This document shows positions 18,062-28,248 of a DNA stretch of 35,083 nucleotides, piece after piece (position 1 is the stretch's first letter; each line of letters starts with the position of its first letter). Under the pieces are notes generated by a model. The model was not told the DNA's origin, did no database searches, and saw nothing but the letters and a program-made list of their open reading frames with translations. Origin of the DNA: Candidatus Izemoplasmatales bacterium (GTDB lineage: Bacteria; Bacillota_I; Bacilli_A; Izemoplasmatales; Hujiaoplasmataceae). A program made the position numbers and the translations under genes. The DNA lies in contig JBFXGX010000015.1 in the NCBI GenBank assembly GCA_050177605.1, positions 1 through 35,083 on the forward strand. Direction: 5' to 3'.

Positions 18062-18593
18062 ATGATTTATTTGAGATTGACAGGTATTTGTTATACCAAT
18101 TAAGAATGAAGTCTGCTTGGAAGGGTTCTTCTTTATTCTCGATTTTCTTCCTTAATAGTTCCATTTCTTGTTCTAGTATATTACAAATTGAATCTGGATA
18201 GTTCATCACACGCTGATGTTTTTTGTACTCATTTCGATCTAGAATCGATACTGTGCCATCCACAATGACTTTGACATCTAAATCATAATCAATGTATTTA
18301 ATCGCTTCTTCGTCCACAAGCGTAGGGGAGGATATATTACAGTAATAGGAAACACCGGTAGGCTTGATAATTCCGATGACATTAAACCAATGATTTTTGT
18401 AAAAATATGAAACCGAAGGTTCTTTGGTATACCAATATCGTCCATTCGCTTCAATGACTTTTGTACGTTTATTAGCGACCACAATAAAATCATCATTTTC
18501 TTCAAGAACAGTAGCTTGTTCCCAAATTCGATGCAATGTTTGGTCATGTTTATAACTTTGCAAAACGATTTTACTACCAACTGTTAATCTCAT
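18060..18593 (-). CDS. DUF402/YgaC-family protein (Ntdp-like nucleoside tri/diphosphate phosphatase)
   Basis: QSYKHD..LHRIW, WFNVI, YYCNISSP, KYIDYDLDVKV, MNYP. Confidence 0.9.
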   Translation of the reverse strand: MRLTVGSKIVLQSYKHDQTLHRIWEQATVLEENDDFIVVANKRTKVIEANGRYWYTKEPSVSYFYKNHWFNVIGIIKPTGVSYYCNISSPTLVDEEAIKYIDYDLDVKVIVDGTVSILDRNEYKKHQRVMNYPDSICNILEQEMELLRKKIENKEEPFQADFILNWYNKYLSISNKS

Positions 18594-18687
18594 AAATATT
18601 CATTCCTTTATGATGTACTTATGATTATTATATCATTATTTTCTTAATTCTATCTACCAATTTACTTAATATTAAAAAACAACCAGT

Positions 18688-19224
18688 CTATGACTCGTTG
18701 CCTTCTTCATCTGAAATAATCCAATCTGGTCCTTTAAGGGTGATTGGTTCTTCTTTAAATAAATTACGGTAATCTTGTTGCCTTAATGCTTCATAGAGGA
18801 CAGTACAAACTGTATTTCCTAAATTGAGGCTTCTGATTTTATCATTCATTGGTAGACGGATACATGAATCTAAATGTTCTCGTAAGATTGATTTAGGAAT
18901 ACCAGTTGATTCCCGCCCAAAAATTAAGTAATAATTTTCTTCTTTTAACGAAAAATCAAAAGATGAAGGTGTTTTTTTTCCATACCGAGTAAAGAAAGCA
19001 TAGATGCCTGGATTCGTTTTGACGAATGCTTCCCAATTTGGATAGGTATGATAAACTACATGTTCAAGATAATTGACGCCAGCTCTTTTTATATACTTAG
19101 GATCAAGTTTAAACCCGATGGGTTCAATGATATGAAGAACTGTATCTGTTCCAGCGCAAGTACGCATAATATTTCCGGTATTTTGTGGAATTTCTGGTTG
19201 ATATAATACGACATTTAAGGCCAT
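18688..19224 (-). CDS. trmL: tRNA (cytidine(34)-2'-O)-methyltransferase
   Basis: PEIPQNTGNI.RTC, KRAG, FGRESTG, RSLNL SPOUT motifs. Confidence 0.93.
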   Translation of the reverse strand: MALNVVLYQPEIPQNTGNIMRTCAGTDTVLHIIEPIGFKLDPKYIKRAGVNYLEHVVYHTYPNWEAFVKTNPGIYAFFTRYGKKTPSSFDFSLKEENYYLIFGRESTGIPKSILREHLDSCIRLPMNDKIRSLNLGNTVCTVLYEALRQQDYRNLFKEEPITLKGPDWIISDEEGNES

Positions 19225-19226
19225 TA

Positions 19227-20147
19227 TTAGACTCCTTCGTTCGCTTGAATGACTTTTTCTATGAGTTCAGGTATTTCTTTGTTATTTCTTAAGGCTTCAA
19301 TCTCATAAAGGTAAGGTGGATAACTTTTTTTGTCATTTACTACAGAACTTACATATGGAGTTTCAAGGATTTTCGGTATATCTTTAAGCAATGGATGATG
19401 AATCACATAACTGAGTGCAGAAAAGCCGATTGTTCCAAACCCAATGTTTTCATGACGATCTTTATGAGAACCTAATGGATTCTTACTATCATTAATATGG
19501 AATACTTTTAAATATGATCTTCCGACAATTTGATCAAATTGATTGATGACATCATCAAATTGATTCCTAACATCATATCCTGCATCATTTAAATGACAAG
19601 TATCTAAACAAACACCAATTCTAGATTGATCATCAATTAGTGTAATAATCCCTTTCAGTTCTTCAAATGTTCGACCAACTTCAGTTCCTTTACCTGCCAT
19701 CCCTTCAAGAGCAATAATCACATCCAATCCTTTTGTATTTGAAATGATTTGATTGACTCCCTTTGCAATGCGTTTTACTCCAGCTTCGCTTCCTTCGTTC
19801 ATATGTGCTCCAGGATGGAGTACCATCACTTTTGAACCTAATGCACTCGTTCTTTTTACCTCTTCCGTTAAAAATGAAACCGCGAAATCTTGTTTCATCG
19901 GGTCTGGATTTGCTAGATTGACAATATAAGGTGCGTGAACGATAACATCTTCACCTGATAGACCATTTTTTTGTAAAAGTGATCTAGCTTCTTCAATTCG
20001 TAGCTCACTTAATGGACGACGAATCGTGCTCTGAGGAGCACCTGTATAAACCATCAATACATTCGCTTGATAGGAAAGCATCTCTTCAACACTTCCAAGA
20101 AATTGTAAATCTCCACTTAAAGAGACATGGCTACCAATTTTGATCAT
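19227..20147 (-). CDS. nfo: Endonuclease IV
   Basis: IGSHVS, HAPYIVNLAN, LHPG, E.MAGKGTEVG, CLDTCH, HINDSK, DRHENIG, ILETP. Confidence 0.96.
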   Translation of the reverse strand: MIKIGSHVSLSGDLQFLGSVEEMLSYQANVLMVYTGAPQSTIRRPLSELRIEEARSLLQKNGLSGEDVIVHAPYIVNLANPDPMKQDFAVSFLTEEVKRTSALGSKVMVLHPGAHMNEGSEAGVKRIAKGVNQIISNTKGLDVIIALEGMAGKGTEVGRTFEELKGIITLIDDQSRIGVCLDTCHLNDAGYDVRNQFDDVINQFDQIVGRSYLKVFHINDSKNPLGSHKDRHENIGFGTIGFSALSYVIHHPLLKDIPKILETPYVSSVVNDKKSYPPYLYEIEALRNNKEIPELIEKVIQANEGV

Positions 20148-21436
20148 TTATGATAGCTCCTTCTTGCTTCTTTTTTCACGATTTTCTTGATTTCTTCTTG
20201 ATATCTTTTTTTGTATCCAGGCTTCACCTTTGATGGCTTAGGACTACGTTTTTTCATCTCAGTGACAGCTTGGGATTCAACTTTTACTCTTTTTTCGCGT
20301 TCTCTATGTGATTTTACAGGGACAATTTCTTTGTTTTTTACTTGTACAAACGAACAAGATAAACCTTTTTCTTCAAGTTTGTTAATATACCCTTCATCAT
20401 TAAAATCATAAAGAGAAATGGCAACGCCGTCATAGTTCATTCGTCCAGTTCTTCCGGTTCTGTGGATATAGAATGCGTCATCTTTTGGTAACTCAAAGTT
20501 AACAATGTGACTTAATCCATCGATATCAATGCCTCTAGCTAAGATATCGGTAGCGATAATATATTGATACTTCCCTTGATTTACTTGATTCATTAACTGT
20601 TTTCTTTTACGATATTCAATATCACCATGAATTAATACACTATTTAACTTCTTTTGTTTTGCATATTCATTCACTGTGTTTGCACTATCTTTCGTGTTAC
20701 AGAAAATAATACAGAGATAAGGATTGATGGCAGATAAAACTTCACCTAACACTACAAATCGATCTCTCTCTTTTGTACGATAAAAATAATGTTTAATATT
20801 TAAATTCGATATTTCTTGTTTTGAAACCTCAATAAAAATCGGGTTCATAAAGTACTTCTTTAAAAAAGGTTGTAAGAATTGAGGAATCGTTGCCGAAAAA
20901 CTGACCATTTGTGTTGTTTTTGAAAAAACGCTGGCAATGCCATCGATTTCTTCGATAAACTCTTTCTCAAGTGCCATATCTGCTTCATCAATAATAAAAG
21001 AGGACGCTGTATAGGCTTTTAATACGTTTTCTTTACGAATTAAATCATTGAGTCTTCCCGGTGTACCAATGGCAATATGTGGTTGAGATTTTTTTAGACG
21101 TTCAGTTTCTGCTTCCTTGTCACTTCCGCCAGTAAATAGACGAACATCGATTTTATTTGGCGAAGTATCCGTCATTTGTTTTGTAAATTGATAAATTTGT
21201 CTTGCTAAATCTCTTGTTGGAGCACATATAACGCTTTGTACAGAGGATACGTTCTCATCTAGCATCTCTAGGATAGGAATCAAATAAGCGTGTGTTTTAC
21301 CTGATCCTGTCTTGGCTTCAACTATGAGGTTTTTACGTTGTTTCATTAAAGGAATGACTTTTTCTTGAACATCCGTATACTTCGTAAAAGAAATCTCTTT
21401 TAATGCACCTTCTATATATTTCTTTTCTAAATTCAT
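20144..21436 (-). CDS. cshB: DEAD-box RNA helicase (CshB-like)
   Basis: TGSGKTHAY, PTRDLA, GTPGRL, DEAD, SAT, ARGID, HRTGRTGR and a basic tail KVKPGYKK. Start is ATG 21436 after AAAGGA; ATGA-coupled to nfo. Confidence 0.9.
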   Translation of the reverse strand: MNLEKKYIEGALKEISFTKYTDVQEKVIPLMKQRKNLIVEAKTGSGKTHAYLIPILEMLDENVSSVQSVICAPTRDLARQIYQFTKQMTDTSPNKIDVRLFTGGSDKEAETERLKKSQPHIAIGTPGRLNDLIRKENVLKAYTASSFIIDEADMALEKEFIEEIDGIASVFSKTTQMVSFSATIPQFLQPFLKKYFMNPIFIEVSKQEISNLNIKHYFYRTKERDRFVVLGEVLSAINPYLCIIFCNTKDSANTVNEYAKQKKLNSVLIHGDIEYRKRKQLMNQVNQGKYQYIIATDILARGIDIDGLSHIVNFELPKDDAFYIHRTGRTGRMNYDGVAISLYDFNDEGYINKLEEKGLSCSFVQVKNKEIVPVKSHREREKRVKVESQAVTEMKKRSPKPSKVKPGYKKRYQEEIKKIVKKEARRSYHK

Positions 21437-21517
21437 AAAATCATCCTTTCTGATGGAAAAATAACCACAAATATTATATAATATTCGGTGAAATAAGTAA
21501 ACTAATAGGTGGTATAG

Positions 21518-22387
21518 ATGAAAGTAATTAAAATTACACCACGAGGTTTTTGCCCTGGCGTTGTCAGCGCAATTAAAATCGTGAATGATGCTATCAGTGA
21601 TCCTTCGATTCCTCGTCCCATCCAAATCTTAGGGATGATTGTTCATAATCATTATGTTGTGGATGATTTCACATCAAAAGGTGTGATTACCCTTGATAAA
21701 ACAATGGCATCTAGACATGAGTTATTACAAATGGTGAAGTCAGGAACAGTGATTATTACTGCTCATGGAGTTAGTGACGATATTTTTGATTCGCTCATCA
21801 AGAAAAATATTCATGTAATTGATGCTACATGTAAAGATGTACTTCGAACCAAAAATCTTGTCTTAGAACAACTTTCAAAAAACGCTGAAGTGATTTATAT
21901 TGGGAAAAAGAATCATCCTGAAACGGAAGGTGTCATTTCTCTCTCATCACATATATATTTAGTTGAATCACTGGAGGATGTCGCGCAGCTTCCTTATTTC
22001 AAGGAGGATGTATTTATTACGAACCAAACGACATTTTCTTTAAGAGATATCGATTCTATCACGAAAGCTTTACTTGAGCGTTTTCCTGAGGCTACTGTTG
22101 CCGATGAAATTTGTGACTCTACCAGGCTGCGTCAAGAAGCAATCATTGAACAAAATAAAGATGTCGATTTATGTTTCATCGTTGGAGATCCTAGGAGTAA
22201 TAACACAAGAAATCTTGCTAAAATTTCAGCAGAAACAACACATACAAAAACAATTCAAATTGAGTCTGTAGATGACATAGTAGAGGAAATGCTTGTTGGT
22301 GTAAAGACGGTCTCTGTTTCGAGTGGAGCTTCTACGCCTACTTATATTACAAAACAAGTGATTGCATATTTAGAAAACCATCAATAA
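21518..22387 (+). CDS. ispH: 4-hydroxy-3-methylbut-2-enyl diphosphate reductase
   Basis: PRGFCPGV, IVHN, TAHG, IDATC, HPE, NQTT, ICDST..RQ, SNN, GASTP. Confidence 0.96.
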   Translation: MKVIKITPRGFCPGVVSAIKIVNDAISDPSIPRPIQILGMIVHNHYVVDDFTSKGVITLDKTMASRHELLQMVKSGTVIITAHGVSDDIFDSLIKKNIHVIDATCKDVLRTKNLVLEQLSKNAEVIYIGKKNHPETEGVISLSSHIYLVESLEDVAQLPYFKEDVFITNQTTFSLRDIDSITKALLERFPEATVADEICDSTRLRQEAIIEQNKDVDLCFIVGDPRSNNTRNLAKISAETTHTKTIQIESVDDIVEEMLVGVKTVSVSSGASTPTYITKQVIAYLENHQ

Positions 22388-22471
22388 ATACTATTTTTCA
22401 CAAAATAACCCTTTATTTTTTAATGAATATACGCTATAATAAAAAAAGCAAAGATTTTCGAGGTGATAAAA

Positions 22472-22645
22472 ATGGCTAATACAAAAGTAAAACCTAAATT
22501 CAATGATAACGAAAAAGAAATCAAAACCTATAACCCTACGAAAAGTACTGTTGGTAGAATTATTCTTCTTGTTTTAATTGCAGGGATGATTTTAGGAATC
22601 TTTATCAGTGCGGTTGTAGAAATGTTCAAAGTTTTAATCGGATAA
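22472..22645 (+). CDS. Small (57-aa) single-pass membrane protein
   Basis: TATAAT at 22435-22440, GAGGTG RBS, ATG 22472, basic N-terminus plus a hydrophobic helix, terminator immediately after. Confidence 0.75.
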   Translation: MANTKVKPKFNDNEKEIKTYNPTKSTVGRIILLVLIAGMILGIFISAVVEMFKVLIG

Positions 22646-22658
22646 TAAATGATTATTT

Positions 22659-22691
22659 AAAAAGACTGATTCGCTCAATCAGTCTTTTTTT
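22659..22691. terminator. Bidirectional intrinsic terminator
   Basis: AAAAAGACTGATT-cgctc-AATCAGTCTTTTT between convergent genes. Confidence 0.85.
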
Positions 22692-24375
22692 ATTCAATTT
22701 CTACTAGTAACTCTTTCGCATTTTCAATTGCGAAGGAAGTAATCTTATCGCCAGATAACATGGCCGCAATTTCATTTACTCTTTCGGAATACTCGAGATA
22801 TTTCGTTGAAGCGATTGTTCTTGATGATACTGTCTTCTTTTCGACTTTTAAATGATGATCACCAAATGCAACAACTTGCGGTATATGTGTAATGGAGAGT
22901 ACCTGAGCATATTCTGAAATTTCTTTCATCTTTTTCGCTATTTTCTTGGCCACAAATCCACTAATTCCAGTATCAATCTCATCAAATATCATTGTAGATA
23001 AATTCTGTGAACGGATGAAAATTGTTTTAAATGCTAACATAATACGACTCATTTCGCCACCAGAAGCTGTTTTGGATAGCGGCTTCAGTGGTTCTCCGAC
23101 ATTGGTTGAAATCATAAATTCAATTTGATTACATCCTGATGATAAAAACATCTGAGAATCATTGACTGAATTCGGGAGATTTTCTGAGACTTCAATTTCA
23201 AATTCAGTTTTAGGTAATACTAAATCTTCTAAAACGTTTTTAATTTCCTTCGTAATTTTTGAGGCGACTTGTCTTCGTAGTAATGTGATTGCTTTTGCTT
23301 TTTCAATAGTATTATTAAAAGCTATTAATAAAGATTGATTTGCTTTTTCAAGGTATTCATCATAATTGACGGATTGATCAATCTCTTTTTCAATAAAAGC
23401 TTGATACTCTATCAATTCTGGGATCGACATTGCGTATTTTTTTTCGATCTTTTCAAGATGGTTAATTCGTTCTTGTAGGTCTTCTAAATAAGCTGGGTCA
23501 AAGCTCATCTTATCGAGTTGTTTGGATAAATCACGACGGACATCATCGATTTCATAGTAGTATTCATCAATTTTCGTAGATTGTTCTTTAAATTCTGATT
23601 GAAAACGACTAATTTTGATTAATAATTCTTTAAAATCAAAGAAAAGATTCATCATTTCAGAATCATCAAGCAATGACTTTGCTTCTTGGAGTAACGAGTA
23701 GATTTGATCAAAGTTTTGGAGACTTAACTCTTCATTTTTTAGTTCGTCCATATTCACATTTTGAAGATCTAAACTATTAAGTTCTTTTAACTGAAACTGA
23801 TACATCTCGAGTTTTTGAAGTAAATCATTCTTCTTTTTAATCAGTTCGTTCATTTCTTTGTATTTTTGATGATATATTGATAATTCGACTTTATATTCTT
23901 CAACGACTTTGTCCATTTTTTGCTTCAAGAATCCATCGATTAGGTCAATATAGGTTTGCGGATTAATTAATCTTTGCGTATCAAACTGAGAATGAATATC
24001 CGCGAGATGCTTGGTGATATCCTTTAAATCTTGGAGACTGACGGATTGATTATTGATTTTAATTGCATTCTTATTTGATAAAGAAATCGTTCGATGGATG
24101 ACTAATTCATTGTCAAGCGTCGCTATTCCTAGTTTCGTTAGTTTTGCACTAATGTCACTGCTTTCATAGGTAAAAATGGCTTCTACTGTGGCAGCCTCTT
24201 TTCCACTACGAATCATCTCAGTGCTTGCACGATCTCCAAGGAGTAAAGATATTGCATCAATTAAAATTGATTTACCTGCACCAGTTTCACCGGTAAGCAC
24301 TGTAAATCCTTGATGAAAGTCTAAACTGAGCGAATCAATAATTGCGAAATTATGTATTGTTAAATGCTTGAGCAT
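22690..24375 (-). CDS. recN: DNA repair protein RecN
   Basis: LTGETGAGKS, long coiled coil, ASGGEMSR, IFDEIDTG, ITH.PQV. Confidence 0.97.
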   Translation of the reverse strand: MLKHLTIHNFAIIDSLSLDFHQGFTVLTGETGAGKSILIDAISLLLGDRASTEMIRSGKEAATVEAIFTYESSDISAKLTKLGIATLDNELVIHRTISLSNKNAIKINNQSVSLQDLKDITKHLADIHSQFDTQRLINPQTYIDLIDGFLKQKMDKVVEEYKVELSIYHQKYKEMNELIKKKNDLLQKLEMYQFQLKELNSLDLQNVNMDELKNEELSLQNFDQIYSLLQEAKSLLDDSEMMNLFFDFKELLIKISRFQSEFKEQSTKIDEYYYEIDDVRRDLSKQLDKMSFDPAYLEDLQERINHLEKIEKKYAMSIPELIEYQAFIEKEIDQSVNYDEYLEKANQSLLIAFNNTIEKAKAITLLRRQVASKITKEIKNVLEDLVLPKTEFEIEVSENLPNSVNDSQMFLSSGCNQIEFMISTNVGEPLKPLSKTASGGEMSRIMLAFKTIFIRSQNLSTMIFDEIDTGISGFVAKKIAKKMKEISEYAQVLSITHIPQVVAFGDHHLKVEKKTVSSRTIASTKYLEYSERVNEIAAMLSGDKITSFAIENAKELLVEIE

Positions 24376-24386
24376 ATGTCACCTCA

Positions 24387-26231
24387 TTATAATTTCAATA
24401 AAAGTTTTAATAAAGATTCATTATCTAGATGGTATTTCTTTAAAAGTTCTTCTACTTTACCTTGTTCGATAAACTCATCAGGTAATCCTAAAATAGTGAT
24501 TGGTGAATGAAGTAATTGATGTAGATTGGCATATTCTAAGATAGAACTTCCTAAACCTGAAATTTTAACACTATCTTCTAAGACAATTATCGGAAGATTC
24601 GATGTCAGTATTTTTTGTAAATACGTTTCATCCATTGGTTTAATAAAGCGAGCATTTACTACCTCAATTGAAATATGATGATCGTTAACGAGTTTTTTTA
24701 CACGAGCGACATTATCTCCATAGGCAATAAAATAGCCTTTACTTCCTTCACTTTCTTTTGTCCAGGAAGGACGATTGATTTTATCAAACATAGTATCTAC
24801 GTACGTGCTAACTTTCGCTCTAGAATAGCGTATCGCAATCGGATTATTTGTCTCAAAAAAGGCATAATCGAGGAGTTCATAAGCTTCTTTTGCATCTTTT
24901 GGAGCGACAATTTCCATTTGAGGAATATGTTTTAAGAAGGCGATATCATAAATACCTTGATGTGTTTCACCATCTTCACCAACAAGGCCAGATCGATCGA
25001 TACCAAAAACAACATGGGCTCTATGTCTAGCAACATCATGTAAAACTTGATCATAAGCACGTTGTAAAAAGGATGAATAAATCGGAATGAAGATTTGTTG
25101 GTTCCCGAGGGCTAACGCAGCACTATAGCATACGGAGAAGGACTCACAAATACCAACATCTTCAATTTTGTCTGGGAATTTTTCTTGAAAATCGATGAGT
25201 GCACTTCCAGTAATCATTGCAGGAACGACGACTTTAAAATCAGGAATCACGGTGGCAAAATGTTCTAAATGATTACTTATAATATTACTCCAGGACAGAA
25301 TATTTTCTGGGTTTTTTGATTTTAATTCACCGGTTGTTATATCAAATGGACCTGTGCCATGCCATAAACCAATTTGGTCTTGTTCTGCTTTCAAATATCC
25401 TTTACCTTTTTTTGTAACCACATGAAGTACGACAGGTTTATTCAGCTTTTTGACAGATTCAAGATATTTGATGAGTTGTTTTGTGTTATGTCCATCAATC
25501 GGTCCATAGTATGAGAATCCAAGTTCATCAAATATTGTAATACTTTTAGCGAAACCTCTCAGCATCGTGCCTATACGATGTTTTAAATCTCGAACAAATT
25601 TCGGAAATAAATAACCTGTTTTCGTTGCTTGAACATAGGTTTTGCTTGAACGCATTGAGTTCAGTAATTTTGCTAAGGTACCGACATTCTTGGAAATAGA
25701 CATTTCATTATCATTTAGAATAATTAAAGGCGACATCCCATGTTGATGTCCAAGATAGTTCAGCGCTTCAAAACTCAATCCACTATTTAATGATCCATCG
25801 CCTACAATAGCGATATTTTTATAGGTTTCATGTTTTGAGACTTTGATTTGTTCAAAGCCTGCGAGTGCAGCAATCGCAGTCGACGAATGTCCTGCTTCCC
25901 ACACATCATGGATGCTTTCATTTCTTTTAATGTAACCACTCAGTCCATTAAACTCTCTTAAATGGTCAAAATCTGCAGCTCTACCCGTTAATATTTTATG
26001 CGTATACGATTGATGTCCTACATCAAAGATAAATTTATCGATTGGAGAATGATAGACTTTATGTAAGGCTATCGTCAGTTCAACAACACCTAAATTTGAT
26101 GAAAGATGACCTCCATGTATCGAAACCTTCTCTATGATAAAAGAACGAATTGCGTTCGCTAATTCGTCACATTCTTTTATCGATAATTCTTTTAAAAATG
26201 ATGGGTCTTTTATTTCTAGTAAATCAATCAT
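24387..26231 (-). CDS. dxs: 1-deoxy-D-xylulose-5-phosphate synthase
   Basis: GGHLSSNLGVVELT, DVGHQSY.HK, GHSST, GDG..FEALN, YSSFLQRAYDQ, GEDGETHQG. Confidence 0.96.
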   Translation of the reverse strand: MIDLLEIKDPSFLKELSIKECDELANAIRSFIIEKVSIHGGHLSSNLGVVELTIALHKVYHSPIDKFIFDVGHQSYTHKILTGRAADFDHLREFNGLSGYIKRNESIHDVWEAGHSSTAIAALAGFEQIKVSKHETYKNIAIVGDGSLNSGLSFEALNYLGHQHGMSPLIILNDNEMSISKNVGTLAKLLNSMRSSKTYVQATKTGYLFPKFVRDLKHRIGTMLRGFAKSITIFDELGFSYYGPIDGHNTKQLIKYLESVKKLNKPVVLHVVTKKGKGYLKAEQDQIGLWHGTGPFDITTGELKSKNPENILSWSNIISNHLEHFATVIPDFKVVVPAMITGSALIDFQEKFPDKIEDVGICESFSVCYSAALALGNQQIFIPIYSSFLQRAYDQVLHDVARHRAHVVFGIDRSGLVGEDGETHQGIYDIAFLKHIPQMEIVAPKDAKEAYELLDYAFFETNNPIAIRYSRAKVSTYVDTMFDKINRPSWTKESEGSKGYFIAYGDNVARVKKLVNDHHISIEVVNARFIKPMDETYLQKILTSNLPIIVLEDSVKISGLGSSILEYANLHQLLHSPITILGLPDEFIEQGKVEELLKKYHLDNESLLKLLLKL

Positions 26232-26247
26232 ATTACCATCCTATTAC

Positions 26248-26469
26248 TTATTCTTCTTTTGAATCAAAATCGATTAGTTCACCTTGATTCATTAATTTTA
26301 CGACGATATTTTGTGCTTTCTTTAATTCAGTAGTACAAAACTGGGCAAGTTCGATTCCTGCTTGATATTTTTTGACCGCATCATCTAAATTAAGTGAGCC
26401 AGTTTCAAGTTCTTTCACGATTTTTTCTAGTTGTTCTAAGGATTGTTCAAAACTTAATTTATTATCCAT
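26248..26469 (-). CDS. xseB: Exodeoxyribonuclease VII small subunit
   Basis: SFEQSLEQLEKIVKELE.G.L.L; follows xseA. Confidence 0.94.
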   Translation of the reverse strand: MDNKLSFEQSLEQLEKIVKELETGSLNLDDAVKKYQAGIELAQFCTTELKKAQNIVVKLMNQGELIDFDSKEE

Positions 26470-26471
26470 TT

Positions 26472-27746
26472 TTATTCTCCTTTGATTATTTTGTCAATTT
26501 TTGCAATTGCTTTTCCATCTTGAAATAATATATTTACTTGATCACCAGGATGAAGATCTTCAATCGTAGTAAGTATTTTTTCTTCTTTTTGAATGACAGT
26601 GAACCCTTTTTTCATGATGTTCAGCGGATTCGATAATTCAAGTTTATCAAATGAATGAAGAGCATCTTTTTCTTTTTGTTCAAGAAGATGAATAAAAGCG
26701 TTTTGAAGTCTTTCCCTTAAGACGGTGTTGGTATCCCCTTTTTGAATTACCATCTTCTCTGGAGAAGCCATTTTTATTCGTTCTTTTATATAATCCACAC
26801 GTAGAGTTGATTCATTAAATATTCTTTCAGGAGTCATAAAGATATATGATGAGAGAATCTTTTTTAAATGAGTTTCATTTAAACTTAGATCTTTTTTTAA
26901 AAGGGTGAAAGCTTTATTTTTAAGTTCTTGTATTTGTTGATAGATTGCTTTTTGATCAGGGGTTGCAAACTCAGCTGCTTGCGATGGTGTTGCTGCGCGC
27001 ATATCCGCCACAAAATCACTAATCGTAAAATCAGTTTCATGTCCAACAGCACTAATCACTGGGATAGTTGAATGGTAGATGGCCTTTGCCACGATTTCTT
27101 CATTAAAGGCCCACAGGTCTTCAATGGAGCCACCACCTCGTCCTACAATAAGCGTATCAACAAGATTGTCATGGTTGGCTTGTTCAATCATCTCCACAAT
27201 CGATTCTTTTGCACCACTTCCCTGGACAAGAGCAGGATAGATAATTATTTTTGTGAGAGGATATCGTTCTTTCGTTACACGAATGATATCCCGTACTGCA
27301 GCTCCGGTTGGAGAGGTAATCACACCTATGGCTTTAGGATATCTTGGAAGAACTAACTTATGACTTGCTTCAAAGTAACCAGCTTCTTCCAACTTTTTCT
27401 TTAATTCTTCATAAGCTAAGTATAAATCACCAATGCCATCCATATTCATTTTTTGAACGTAAATTTGATAACTTCCTCGAGCTTCATAAACACTGATATA
27501 ACCTTCAACAAGTACTTTTGCTCCTTCACTAGGGACAAAGTTTAACTTCTGAGCACTAGAAGAAAACATAATCGCTGATATTTCAGAGTTTACATCTTTC
27601 AAAGTAAAATAGAGATGGCCACTTGAATGTCGCTTAAAATTAGATATTTCTGCTTTTAATAAGACATTTTTAAGTTGATCATCTGAATCAAATTTATATT
27701 TAAGATAACGATTTAGTGCAGAAACGGTTAAATACCGTCTTTCCAT
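26472..27746 (-). CDS. xseA: Exodeoxyribonuclease VII large subunit
   Basis: EISNF, SGHLYFTLKD, TSPTGAAVRD, GRGGGSIEDLWAFN, SAVGHETD, ATPS. Confidence 0.96.
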   Translation of the reverse strand: MERRYLTVSALNRYLKYKFDSDDQLKNVLLKAEISNFKRHSSGHLYFTLKDVNSEISAIMFSSSAQKLNFVPSEGAKVLVEGYISVYEARGSYQIYVQKMNMDGIGDLYLAYEELKKKLEEAGYFEASHKLVLPRYPKAIGVITSPTGAAVRDIIRVTKERYPLTKIIIYPALVQGSGAKESIVEMIEQANHDNLVDTLIVGRGGGSIEDLWAFNEEIVAKAIYHSTIPVISAVGHETDFTISDFVADMRAATPSQAAEFATPDQKAIYQQIQELKNKAFTLLKKDLSLNETHLKKILSSYIFMTPERIFNESTLRVDYIKERIKMASPEKMVIQKGDTNTVLRERLQNAFIHLLEQKEKDALHSFDKLELSNPLNIMKKGFTVIQKEEKILTTIEDLHPGDQVNILFQDGKAIAKIDKIIKGE

Positions 27747-27754
27747 ACCTTCAC

Positions 27755-28129
27755 CTACTTTTTTTTAAGTTTGAGTGAAATGTTATCAAGCAAACGATTA
27801 TTAAATCCTTTTGCTTGATCATCATCTAAATTGGTTAGTTCTTTCGTTAAATTGATAGCTTCATTGATAATAATTTCAGTTGGTGTATCCGTATATATCA
27901 TTTCGTAAACAGCATAACGAATAATGGCTTTATCAACATAATTTAGACGATCTATCGTCCAGTTCATTAGATTATCACTAATAATTTGATCTATTTCTTC
28001 TAAGTGTAAAAAACAATCATCAACGACTTGAATGACTTCCTCATCAAATTGGCCTTCACGATGATCGCCTTCCATACTCTTCAAATATAATAGTTCAATT
28101 ACAGCACGTCTAAATTGTATTCGGTTCAT
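27755..28129 (-). CDS. nusB: Transcription antitermination factor NusB
   Basis: WTIDRL..VDKAIIR.A.YE, INEAI, F.N.LLD. Confidence 0.92.
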   Translation of the reverse strand: MNRIQFRRAVIELLYLKSMEGDHREGQFDEEVIQVVDDCFLHLEEIDQIISDNLMNWTIDRLNYVDKAIIRYAVYEMIYTDTPTEIIINEAINLTKELTNLDDDQAKGFNNRLLDNISLKLKKK

Positions 28130-28218
28130 AAGGACTCCTTTTCATAAACACAACTATTTTACCATATTATACCTAAATTTAAAAGCAACTAATCACTGCT
28201 TTTTCATGGATTAACCAT

Positions 28219-28245
28219 AAAAAAATGCGCTTGATAGCGCATTTT
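28219..28245 (-). terminator. Intrinsic terminator of the pot operon
   Basis: AAAATGCGCT-4 nt-AGCGCATTTT running into a T-run on the minus strand, just after the potD stop. Confidence 0.85.
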
Positions 28246-28248
28246 ATC

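Noticed and set aside
21437..21625. 63-aa N-terminal extension of the helicase ORF overlapping ispH
   Set aside because: It overlaps the divergent ispH gene, and a good RBS precedes ATG 21436.
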